Of a DNA stretch of 64,000 bases, positions 43,713 through 56,533 are shown piece by piece (the first letter of the stretch is position 1; each line of letters opens with the position of its first letter). The DNA is from Auanema rhodensis (lineage: Eukaryota > Animalia > Nematoda). The DNA lies in NCBI GenBank assembly GCA_964057225.1, contig OZ059896.1, positions 7,254,001-7,318,000 of the forward strand, written 5' to 3'. Made by a program: the position numbers and the translations under genes. Below the pieces are notes generated by a model. That model searched no databases. It saw only the letters and a program-made list of their open reading frames with translations, and was not told the origin of the DNA.

Positions 43713-46700
43713 ATGTTACCTACCAAACGGAAGATGGCCGTTATACCAAATTCCAGTGAACATGCCTCAACGGGTTAGTTTTTTTTATATTTTCGGGTAT
43801 TCTATTCCTATTTTATTCTGCTGCTAATATTCAAATCTAGTATTCTTAGTGGAGATTCTGAATGCTTCAAATCCGGTAGAAGTATTTCAGAATATTCCTG
43901 ATCTAGGTCTTCTGAGTCATGCGTTTTTTCCGTGGAAAATGCCAGTCGACCTATTTGTGTTCTAGTCTAGCAAGCCAATTTCTTGTTCTACAACTTGAAT
44001 CATTTATGACTCTTGCTTAACACATTAATGATACGCTTGTATACTATTTGCTAAATATTCTGGAATACCCGATATTTCTTATATCATTTATATTATGAAT
44101 TTGTTTTGTTTTAGCTCGTGATTATTCACTTTTTAAACGCCTGTTTCACATGGGATCAGAGCTAGGGCGAGGTGGATTTGGAACTGTTTTTTCTGCCTTC
44201 AGAACTTCTGATAAATTATCTTGCGCAGTTAAATTTGTTAGCCGAAGTAATGTAACCGAATGGAGATGTGTAAGTACTTTTATTTTTTAATGTTTTTTTT
44301 CTTGGTCATGTGCACGTATTTTTTTGCCAGCATTAGTTGCACGTGAGCACTAATGCCGTCATTCGCATCAGCTGAGCATTCTAATATACATTGTTGCTCA
44401 GATTGAGTTATATGGCATTAGAGAAATGAAAAATAAAGCATTTCAACAAGACTGTTTTCAGCATGAAGGCAGAATGTTACCCCTTGAAATTGTTTTATTG
44501 GATCATTGCAATGGAATCCAAGGTGTTATAAATACTGTTGGATGGTATGAGAAGTCTGACGGATATATGATTGTCATGGAACGACCTTGCGCATCAGTTG
44601 ATCTTTTTGACTTCATTTCTGATCGTGGAAAAATTTCTGAAGATATGTCTAGAGATTTTTTCATCCAGGTACGTTGTATTTTTCACACCCTCAATGTCGA
44701 TTTGTTTTTTCATGTTTTTTTTGCAGATAGTTAACACAGTCATTGAATGTGAGAAAGTTGGTGTAATTCACAGAGACATTAAAGACGAAAATCTCGTCGT
44801 AGATATGAAGGAAGGGAAAGTTAAGCTCGTAGATTTTGGTTCAGGAGCTTTCAAGAAGTCTGGACCATACACTGATTTTGAAGGTTGGTAATTTTTTTTA
44901 TTTATGTTTACTATTTTAAATTTCTTCAATCATACTTTCTTATCTGCACATGAACAGCATTGTAGTCATGTGTTAATATTAGGCGTCCTAATGGCGCCGT
45001 GACGTTCGCTAGTTACATACTATCTGTTTCCGGCTATTTGTGCTTAATGGTTTTTGTTAATTTTGATTTTCTGTATTTTCATTGTGAAGGGGGGGGACTA
45101 AGTTCTAGGAAAGCCCTGATCATTATGTATTCTATTTAAAACGACGCCCATATTTTGGACTCGCTTTAGATGTCGAGGTCAATTCCGCTGAAGGAATGTT
45201 CTTTTGAACTAATCAATTACAATGGTCTTCTATGCAAAGGCTGGCGCCAAGGTCTTGTTCATGTGGTAGTGATACCACATCTTAGACTCTTTAGCGATGT
45301 CTTGTTAATTTATGTTTACTTGAACAATGTATCATGCTATCGCAAAATTATATTTATTCTATATTTCAATTGTGAATCCTTCTCTTTTTTCCTATTATTT
45401 TGGCTCTGGTTTTTACTTTTTCTTCGCTATGCTATTCACCTTCTTTTGGTTGCTGTTGTGGTTTGCTATTTGTCGTGCTAAGGCGGGGATAGCGAGGAGA
45501 AAGCGTTGGGTGTGATGGAGGAGCTTGCTCTCTGTTGGCGAGCAGCCAAAAGGGGCACTCTGCGCTAAAGCTGACCTCGTATGCGGGAGAAGAGCGCGCA
45601 CGTGACACACGCTGCTTTGACCCGAGGCCTTGCTATCTGAATGACCAACCCACAGACAGACGTCCCGATTGGCTATAGTGGTGGTTAATCCTGTAAACAA
45701 GTGACTAGGACGTTAGATTCCTGTCTTCTCTACCATCCTGCGACTAGCTGTTTTCCGACCTTAATTGATGCAGAAGATCGCCTAGGAGGCACAGATGGAA
45801 GTTAGTTCAAACCACCGGGAGACTAAGCATTCTAAGTACTTAATCATATACCCAAGAAGTGTTGAGCATATATGACAGCATTTGTAGTAGATTTTTTCTA
45901 CAAATGACTCTGTTTTTAGTAAAGCATGTGAATTAATTTCCCTGTAGTAGGCCCGTGCTTTGTTTATCCCTCCCTTAGATGAATTCTCCCGAACTTTGTT
46001 TATCGCTGAGATGAAAAGTGGATTGTTATCTGGTGGACATGGCATTAGCAATAGGCAGTCTAGTTGTTTTGTGCTTTGGGTCCATACTGCTCTGCTTCAT
46101 TGCCAACACTAGTTGTGGTTGCGCTAGGGTGGCCGTTGACCTCAGAGTTGTTTACCACTATCGACAAGACGACTTATTAAAGTGAGGACGCCGAACAGAG
46201 CGTCGGGTCATCTGCCACAACGTGCTCAACAGTACTAACAGGGCATACAGGATGCCAAAATTTCTCTTTGCTGATGGACGTTTAAGTTAAAGCAAAGACG
46301 TGCTATAGAATGATTCAAATAGCTCTGTCTACGGTTAATTTAACAATGCAGTAGCTCACTTAGTCACTACTTCTCTTCATGAATAGAAGAAGTTTGTAAT
46401 GAAATGAATAGCGCTGAAAAAGCTGATTTGCCAGATGGGATTTCGAGTAGATTGAGTCACAATTATATAATAGCTATGTTGGACTATTCGAGTAAGCTAC
46501 GCAATGAATTATCTAGTGCTACTTAAGTTTACTTAGGGTCAGCTGATATGAAATTTTCTTCCGAGGGTCAGCTCTGAATCACATTGTCAAACCCGACTAC
46601 GAAATATTTCACCACCCTCCGTTTTCGTCGTCTAGGCGGTCTCTGGTTGAGCGGTTGACTGTTGAAAGCACAGGACCGGTCCCTGTCTCTTCTGATTCTC

Positions 46701-48851
46701 TTCTTTCCACTAGTTGCCTGCTGCTGGAAGTTCTTCACATGCGAGGACGAAGAGGAATGAAAAAATGAAATGCGAACGATATTTATCGATTGTACTTTTG
46801 TAATAAATGGTTGTGTTCATTTACATTAAAGAATGAGCAACGTGTGAGTCTACAATAATATCAGTTACCAACAATGTTCTCATTTATTCTGATTGTTGTT
46901 TGTCAAATTGGTCAAGCATTTTCGTAGTTTTGCGACATGATTTTTATTCTGTCTTTGTTTGTCTGGCCTTTAGTTGAGCCCTACTACCTGTATTGCTTCG
47001 TTTTGATGAAAGGATAAGCTGGACATTAGTTCATTGGCCAATGTGGTCTACAGTTAAGAGAAGATCGACGATTAAGACAAAGAATGTGTGCTTTAGTGAG
47101 TGTCCGTGTGAACACACAAAGCAAATTGATCAGTTCTGCAATTACAATTGCTTCAAGCAATAGAAGCCGATGAAGGGTAAAACGTATAAGAACTAATTTT
47201 TTCGAGTTTCATGTTAGCACCTTACACACAATTGACCGTTCAGATGTCTTAAGCAATAATAACTATGAAATTAATCAATTGATATGTGTTTCAATAACGA
47301 TGATGTGATGTCTTTATAGTCTCAAATTTCTTCGAGGGCAGCCAGATTGAGCTAGTACATATGGTGCGAATCATCTGATTTTTGTTGAGACAGACAAGAA
47401 TCGTTGATGGCAAAGGTGTAGATACCAAGAGACTAATGCTCTATAAAGTGCAATTTTGAACACTCGCCACTCGCGCATGAGTCTGATCATTGTGTCTCAG
47501 TTATTCCTCTCACTATTTCTACTAATGTTGCCCTCTTGCGTTTCTCTCCCCCACTGCGCAGTACTGAATTCCTTTACTTTTGAAAAAGTGCAAATAAGTT
47601 GGCCTGGGCGGACATTTTTTCCAGCTGTCCTCGGTCGTTCACTTGTCTACAGTCCGTACCAGGCTCTTTTGTCGTGAGTGCGCATTTTCGCGCCTCGCTA
47701 CACGTGACCTGTTCGGTCACTCAGCTGATTTTAAAGTTAGAAGGAATGTAGAGGGGAAAAGTGGGAATTTAAAATAATGATCATATGTTATTAATCTTTA
47801 TATCATTCACATCCTTTTTTTCAGGAACTCGCGTATACAGTCCTCCAGAATGGATTCAACGTGGAAGTTATGATGGAATTCAAGCTACAGTTTGGTCATT
47901 GGGTATTCTTCTTTACGACATGGTCTGTGGGGATATCCCATTCAGACACGATGGTGAAATCATTGCTGGAAATCTTTTGTGGAGAGGCGATGTCTCAGAA
48001 AGTAAACAATCTCATACTTTATAATTTCTTACTTATTATTATTTAGGCTGCAAGGATTTGATCCGATGGTGTTTGAGATTCAATTCGGAAGAACGCCCAT
48101 CTCTTCAGGATATTCTTCAGCATCCCTGGATGACTGTTAAGGCTGGAAAAGAAAACTTTGCGCGACAAGAATTGAACGCTGAACGACAAAAGAAAGCTTC
48201 AGTTCCCGCTCGTCTGTGCGAGTTCCTTGCCGAGAAACCTCAGCAAATGAACCGTACAGATAATAGTTCTCGTTATCCACAACATGGAAACTATCATAAT
48301 GGAGTGCGTGGGATGAATCAACAGAATGAATCACATCTGCCCAATCATATGATGCCATCCTCCTCTGGTTTCTATGACTCCGTGCCTACTGAGCGTGTAA
48401 ATCATCCAGAATTAGTAAGTATCTTCGTTGATCTGATGTTTCTTAAAGAACGTATTTATAGGTTGAACCCAGCTGTTCTAACTCTCCCATCTCTTCCGCT
48501 ATTCCAATTGGCTCTCCCTCAAGACGTGTTCCCATCAGGGGGTTGACGAACCGAATGGAAACTAAACCCTCAACACCTAAGTTGGATGAACCCTCTACAT
48601 CAAACTCAGAAGGGGATAATTCATCTGAGACATTGACAATAATTTCAACACAAACTACGTCCGAGAATGAAGTGGCTCCTTTAACTAATAGTATTCCGCA
48701 TTTGACATTGCGCCCTAACCATCGGCGCACAGGGTCTTTGGGTTCATGCAATCTGTTATCTGCTCATTCCAGTGGAAACTCATCTGGGTACAGTACTTCA
48801 TCGGCTAGCCCACCTATGTCATCAGGCAATATAGTTTTGGGCTCTTATTAA
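43713..48851 (+). CDS. Pim-family Ser/Thr kinase, about 504 aa, with a long Ser-rich C-terminal tail
   Basis: Exons 43713-43773, 44115-44269, 44462-44668, 44727-44883, 47825-48001, 48047-48414, 48462-48851 (1515 nt, frame-consistent, GT-AG). Motifs: [13 protein letters not shown], Pim hinge [61 protein letters not shown]. The first exon and start codon are less certain. Confidence 0.93.
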
Positions 48852-49433
48852 TGTATACGATATATCGGAAAACTCGCTCCAAATGTCTTTTCCTTTTCTT
48901 TCTGTCCCAACCTCTCAGTTTCTTTGTCTCACTCTCGGCACTTCTATATTCCAAATCTTCAAAGAGCTTTCGGAGGTATTGCCGTGGTTGTGTTTTATCC
49001 CGGTTTTTTCTGCCTTGCTCATTACGGAGAGTTACGATAAACATTTCGTTTAGAAGTATTATTACCTCCGTTTCATTTTCGGGCTTTTGTACATAAGTTT
49101 TTCTCTTTCTATCTGCATTGAGCAGAATTGTATATAATCAATTGTACATTTTACATTTTGTTAGTTTTACACTGTTTATTCTATAGATGCTTTTGTATTA
49201 TAATGTATATTACATATATCTTACATATATATTATGTATATATATCTATATAGATATATAACGCACCTACCTTGTTTTCAAACTGACTCCTTATTTATTA
49301 CTTATTTGTGCTATACATTTTTAATGGATTAGAAACAAATATAAAAGTCAGTTCTTCCCTTGCTCAGTAATCACATGAATGTAGTTTATTAATTTAAATT
49401 TAAATGTATGTGAATACAAAATATATAAATAAA
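48852..49433 (+). promoter_or_regulatory. Probable AU-rich 3' UTR of the Pim-like gene, with PUF-type elements and a poly(A) signal
   Basis: TGTACATA at 49088, TGTATATA at 49129 and 49235, ATTTA motifs near 49293-49402, AATAAA at about 49428. Confidence 0.45.
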
Positions 49434-51630
49434 ATATATCTATATAATTAATTATACATGTATCTTTACTGTTTTACAACAAGAGGTATGGAAATGGAAA
49501 AATTTATTTGCGCAAAGTACCCAGAGCCATATCCTTGATGTACGTGAATATGTTGTATAACCGGATCTGTTTAATAAATGTCAGTTTTATACCGTGTTTT
49601 CTTTGTTGTATGGGTTGTCGTTTATCGATGTGGGGGGTCTTAGAAAGTCCAAAAAGATATTCCTCTGCGATCGTAATGGATTTAGTCCGGTCGTCGTTAT
49701 TCTTTTCTTCATGGGGGTATCAGACCTCCTTTTTATTGCTTTTAAACTTACACGGTCATGCCTAAGTGCTAAAAGCAAGACAAGCAAAAGAGGTACAAGA
49801 AGACAGTTAAAATGGATCACCTCGCAATTGTTGAGAATGGTTTACGATCTCATGTTATTTTGTCTGACTTAATGGGCTTAGAGAATTCTGAGAACATTTG
49901 TTGGCTTATGTAATCTGCTGTCCGTATGAAAGAGAACTAGTTTCCGGCCAGAGCAATGCTTGATCTCTTTCTCAGTACATACATCAGAAACAGTTTTTCG
50001 AATAGCACCCTACTGTCTATCAGTAACATACATATGTATGTCTCTTTGCTACGTATGGTAGAGTCGTCAACTAAATCTCTGTTGAGTAAAGAACACCACT
50101 ACAACAAGTGCCTTAAGGGCAAGGCTAGGTTGTTTTCAAGCTCTAAAGGAGAAGCTGGGAGCAGGCGGTCAGGCGCTCAACTGTCCTTATTTGGTGTGCA
50201 CGGGAAGAGCAGTATTAGTACTTGAAAAGCTATTGAAAGACTACTTCTAAAAGAGCTTCGGCACATTTAGCCGGATGTGAAACTGGATTTTATTTGATAT
50301 TTGAGAAGCCATTTCGAAAAGCAGGCATATATAATGGGCACATCGTGTTCATCATTAGATAAGAACGATGGGTTTTCCGGACAAAAGAATAGAATAAGGA
50401 AAAAACGTTTTTGAAAAAAAATTTTAAGAACACGTGGGAGAAGCTTGATTCAGAGATGTCCTCTATGACCTTCTTCTCGTTTGCCTTGAATTCGTTTGTC
50501 AGCAACGTCATCCGAGCAGGTTTTTGAGTGGTTACATCAGCTGTGTCGACGGAACTTTTAGCTTAGAGGTCGAGCATGAGCATAAATGATTTAGCATTCC
50601 GAGAAACTCACGCATTCCTCCTTTAGCTAGTATTCGTTCATCTTTCTTTTCTCCGCTTTTTCCTCTTGCCAAAGCTTTAACAGAAGCCTAATGAACATAT
50701 TCGCAACATGGGTACTTACTCAAAGCCCGCCTAGAGAAAAAAGGAAAACGAAAAGAAAGAAAAAGGGAAGAGCTGGCTAGACGACAAATTGAAAATATCA
50801 ATGAGTGCGTCTATAGTTTGACTATCTCAGTTTTGAATGCGTAATATAAAAGATCACAGATGCGTATCTTTAAGAAAATATTAAATGTTTTTATGTAGTT
50901 TACCCAATTCTTCTTTAGAAATATATCAAAGCATACTATATTATATGTATCTATCTATATATATATAGTATATACTTCTAACAATAGGTATTACTCACCC
51001 CAATAAAAGAACGTCGAGATTGGTTGGTTACATGTACATGAGTATATGAAAATAGGGAAGAATGTCACATTTCAATCTGATATGCATGCATTCATATACA
51101 GAAACTGAATATGCTATCGTAGATTAACCAGAGTTCATGACCTAGGTTTCTATTGATTCACTTAGTCATCCTAATAAATCATCAAAACATGTTCTTGAAA
51201 TATAGTTTATATTACTTAAACCTTTATTCTGTTTCAGAAAAAGAATGACGTGGCACAGAGATGAGCCTACACATCATTAAATAAGTCAGAAAACATATGG
51301 TGTTAGCGGGGGTGCGGAAGAAAAATCAACAGTAGCATGATGATGAGGGCACAATCCAGGGAATGTTTCATTAATACTGGTCACAAAACTAGCTCATAGT
51401 ACCTGTCAGCTGATTATATTAGTCATAATAACTGCTATGTATGATTTTTTTTAGTTTATATTTCATGTTCTTAATATTGTTTTTACTATTTTTCATCAAG
51501 TGTTTCACCATTTAGATCGACGAATGTTTTAAACTAGAGCGATCATCAAGTGTCATGGAAAAAGAACAGTTCGCTAAACAAGAGCTGTGAGCAGTAGAAT
51601 GCTGGCTAACCAAAAAAAACCGGTTTACAG

Positions 51631-52021
51631 ATGCAAAATGAGGAGAAAGTTGTGCAATATTGCCGCGGTTCCGTAGTTTTGTCGGAGCTTAAGCTGGCGG
51701 CGCGTCATTAACATCACATATCGTGCTACTAAGCCTTACGGTTTTGAATACCAAATTGGAAAATATTCCATTGTTTTTACTTCAGAAAATCTATTTCTTC
51801 TCATGTAAAGCTTAGATCATGATGAAATATTTTGCCAGTTGGAGAAAAGAAAACAACGTTCTAAATTCCGGAAGATCACATGTAATTCGGAGCTTCGTCG
51901 GCACTCTCTCTCTCTCTCTCTCAGATTTTGTATATATAACTGAAAACAAAAGAAATTATATACTACATTACAAATTTTCTTATTAATCATCTCTTTCATT
52001 ATGTTTTTTTGCTAATTGATG
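51631..52021 (+). repeat. 391-bp direct repeat, copy 1
   Basis: Identical by eye to 53717-54107 (offset 2086), including the (TC)9 tract. The ORF track shows the same 60-aa ORF in both copies. Confidence 0.97.
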
Positions 52022-53716
52022 ATAGCCAATCTTCAAACAAGACGGCTAATACTGAGCTAAAGCTAAAAAGACTTCGTGCGCACGTGAACAGAACACAAAT
52101 AGTAGAAGCTGCTATGTTGCGAAGGCGGCTTTGCAAAAAAAAGCTTCAGAAGTAAAGCATATGTTGAATCATTCGCCTCATTTTCCAAACAATGACTGAC
52201 TCACCACTCTAAAAGTGCGCTGCAATTCAGAAAATGAAAAGCAGATGATCATTCAGTGTCGAACATGCGGGTTGTTGAAAACGCATGACATCATTTCCAA
52301 ATAAGGCGTTAAGATGACTCATTCTCGATTGGTCTATCTCATCGTCTCTTTCAAATAACTAAGAGGGTGATGATCGAATAGAATGAAACACGTATCTGAT
52401 AATGCATAGAGTTCCAATCTTAACTGAGGGTCTATGATTTTAGAAATCTATGCCTCGTCCAATGTGATCATAAAAACTCATAAAACGTGACGGTAAGACC
52501 TAGCAATAGCGTTGATCTCCTGTGGCTAATTTATGATCGAGAACACTACACTCATTGCAGGCATATCAGTGTTACTATCTCTCTTGTCCCTTTTCTCTCC
52601 CTCGATGTCTATTATGGTGTTATGGATTTTCTTTCTTTCAGCACACAAAAGATAATCGGTCCTAAATACGGTGTATGCAAAAGGATTGATGAAAGGATAA
52701 AGTTAAAGGGATCACTACCTATCTATATCTAAAGCCTTCTGTATAGCATACTTTTCAATACAATTCGTTAGTATACTTCCCAAACAAAATATTTAATTTG
52801 AAGAAACACAAAAATTTAAGAATTTAAAATGTTTTTATAGTTGAATTCTACATGAAATTTCAAACAAAAAGAAAACTATACATCTACATATATGAATGTC
52901 CTAACAATGATACTTGTAATTTGAGTTCTATTTTTATTTCTTCAAAATATTTCGATTATACATTCTAGACGTGTAGTGTAGGTATAAGTCTGACGAGAAT
53001 TTTTTCTTCCCGGAAGCTTCACCATTATCGCATCCCTCTGGCATACAAAGAACGACACTTACGGAAGCGGGGTTCTTTGCCACAATAAGGGGTTAGCTAG
53101 CACGCAAGTAGCTTCCGTCCTATGACTCTCTTTCGTTTAGCTAACTATACAGGGATTTCTAATGACTGTAATGAGGCTAAGAGCCGGCAATCATATACTG
53201 TAATCCTAAACTAAACAAGTAGTGGTCTATAGAACTGTGTACTTAGAAATACTAAGGGCAACATAACAGTACTGCGATATTGCCTGTGCTTCCGATGTGC
53301 TTTCTCTCAATTTATCTCAACATCTAGAGGAAATGTCAAGCAAATAGTGGAAGCGAGTGGGATTAGCAACTAAGCACACCGAAGCTAGTTCGTTTTCTCT
53401 GTGATTACGCAGGTTAATATTGCGACAAAAGTGAAGTAGCCTTTATATAATGCAAAAAAACAAGCACATAATAATTAAGGATTGGAAAATGAATATATCA
53501 ATAATTTTTAGCTTCAAACAAGTTTTCTTCTTTGTCCGTATACAGCAATAGATATTGGAATGTTGCAATACCTTTTAATAGTATATATGCATATATGCTT
53601 ATACATAACATATGCATATACATTTACAATATAAAAACATTAAAAGATATGTACATTTTACTGTTAAATATACACACTTTTTCTGTTTTATCAAGTGATA
53701 TTTTGAAGATAAATAT

Positions 53717-54107
53717 ATGCAAAATGAGGAGAAAGTTGTGCAATATTGCCGCGGTTCCGTAGTTTTGTCGGAGCTTAAGCTGGCGGCGCGTCATTAACAT
53801 CACATATCGTGCTACTAAGCCTTACGGTTTTGAATACCAAATTGGAAAATATTCCATTGTTTTTACTTCAGAAAATCTATTTCTTCTCATGTAAAGCTTA
53901 GATCATGATGAAATATTTTGCCAGTTGGAGAAAAGAAAACAACGTTCTAAATTCCGGAAGATCACATGTAATTCGGAGCTTCGTCGGCACTCTCTCTCTC
54001 TCTCTCTCAGATTTTGTATATATAACTGAAAACAAAAGAAATTATATACTACATTACAAATTTTCTTATTAATCATCTCTTTCATTATGTTTTTTTGCTA
54101 ATTGATG
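53717..54107 (+). repeat. 391-bp direct repeat, copy 2
   Basis: Identical by eye to 51631-52021. Confidence 0.97.
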
Positions 54108-56533
54108 GCAAAACAATGATAAGACTTTTAGGTTGTTGCTCTTCCAGTCAAACATAATTGGAGTTTGGGACTTATCATCTGTCCGACTCGTAATCCGCAT
54201 ATTTATAGGATGTCTTCTGTATCTTTCATGATGCCATCGCTGGATTATCGGAAAAGATATCTAGTCAGGTCATGGCCTTCCATATCACACAACTATTCAA
54301 TTATGAAGAGATCAAAGTGCTAAGAGAGGAATGCGAACAGTGTTCAAACGAACTACCGATTGGAGAAAATATCAAAAATCAATGAATAGCCTTCACAAGG
54401 ATTTATAATATATGGTGTTTGGATCAACACTAAAGTTTATAAATCCTTCAAATTTGAGTGTGTCAGTTACAATATGCGGTTGACAGACGAAGGCTGAAAC
54501 GAGTTAGGTTGGTTAGAGACTAGTCCGTATATCTATCAACCTCAGCCATGGCAGACAACAGTTGTCTAGTGAAGAAAATAAAGTATCATTTTCGTTATTT
54601 ATATGCCAAAAAGATAAAAAAAACTAACTTTTAAACTGTAATTAAGATATTAATACTGGAGATTATTCAGAAGAATGTTCAATGAATAAACGAACGCTAA
54701 AGCATATTCCGGGTGGTTTAAGACACGCATCTAAGTATTCGCATGAAAATATCGTATGAATAAATTTTATTTTGACAGCATTTACTCCAAGACTTAATTT
54801 CCTATACATCTTTCATGAGGAAATCAAATTTCAAATGTGAAAGTTGGATGTTTGAAGAAGGATAAGAGTGATCAGACATTGATATGAAAGGCAATACAAG
54901 GACAACTTTTGAATGTTCAATTGAATATCACTTAATTGTTTTTTCTTTGATTTCTCATTTAAAAATATTATATTGAACAATGAATAGGTCAGATATTCGC
55001 CATTACTAAAAATAAAAATGTTGTTTTGCAAAATAAAGGATAGTACCATGTCTTCTCTCTAAGCGCATTTGCATGATCTACTTCGAATAATCCCTTTTCC
55101 AATTGCCGGGTTTTCATGAATATGTGACAAACATGGACTCCGCTATATTACAAAAAGGGTATATGATAGAAGAAAGTGACAATACACGTTTATTGGGTTC
55201 ATTTTGGCTTGTTTTTTTTTAGTTTTTCTATCAAATGAATGAAGGATTTTGGCCTGTTGTCATCGCGAGAGGAACAGCCTTGACGATCAACTCCTTGACA
55301 TTTCCGCTGGCATGTTAAATCATCAGAGGAATTAGAGAAATTCGTGGATATGCTTAATCGTGCCACTTCCTCCTTAGTAACAGTAAATAGAACTCTATTG
55401 TATTTCATCCTAACGGTTAAAGATTTAATTGGTAAACGCAATCTCTCTCTACCATTGTTCTTGAGCAGATTGCAGTTTTATGATTGCTAAACTATTACTG
55501 AAAACACTCATAAAGCACGAGGAGCTTTCAAATTCAAGAACAACAGTTCTTCATATAAAGTTTCACTGGCTTGAAGCAAGTTTCTCTCCGGGGACCACCC
55601 TAGAGCATCAAACTATGACAAGCAGCATGCAACCTTCAACTTCCGTAGAAAAGAGAATGGCAAATCTTTTTTCAAACGCGCGGGACTGCCTCCTTCTATT
55701 TCTCAGTTGAACCCTAAATATTCTTTAAACCTCATGGCGCTTCTATGAACCATACATCATGAGCTAGTTCACAATTTGCTCCAACTATTCAAGAACACAT
55801 TTGTCTTTTCCTAGACTTGTAGTCTGAGCTAGCCCGGAAACTCATTTTTTCAATACATAATAGCATAGTTGGTTAGCTTACTATGTGAGAAAATGGTCCG
55901 AACCGAACCAATATGCTCTTGAAAAAGCAAACTGCACTTTCCGTAAGTAAACACGTTTTCCTTGAGATTGCTTCCTATACCTATTATTCAACTGTGGCCG
56001 CCACGAGGCAAGAATAAAAAAAGAAAGAAGGGTGTATATGTGAAAAGAAGAGACAGAGAGAGCGAACGAATCGTTTTGACCCATCGGTATTTGGTTGGTA
56101 GAGGTTGTGAAGCTGACGGTCGACTAGAAGTCTGCCGCTTGCCGATGGAGACCGGAAAACGGCTGTCTAGTTTTCTTTCTCTCTCTCTCCTTCTCATTCG
56201 AGTCTCTTCTCTTCGCGAAGAATGAACGAGAGGAGGCTGGCACTGCCTGGAACATGACGCGGCGGCGGACGGCAAAGCCAAATGGCGCGCAATTTTACTC
56301 TTTTCCACACACACACGAACATACAAAAAGCGGGGCCTAGTAGTCGTTATATCAGGTCCTGAGGCAAAGAGAGTGGATAAAAAACATGACACTAGCACTA
56401 CCAGTGCAGTGGTAGAAGCAAATAATTTTACAACGAGCCAAAAAATAATCAAGCATTCATAAGTGCAAGCGTTGGCACACAGGGCTAAAAAGGAAACATG
56501 AGGCTCAGTTACTATGATATGAAAACGAACATG

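Noticed and set aside
51631-54107. Direct repeats read as LTRs of a retroelement or TRIM
   Set aside because: No TG...CA termini, no evident PBS/PPT, no outer target-site duplication and no internal gag/pol frame.
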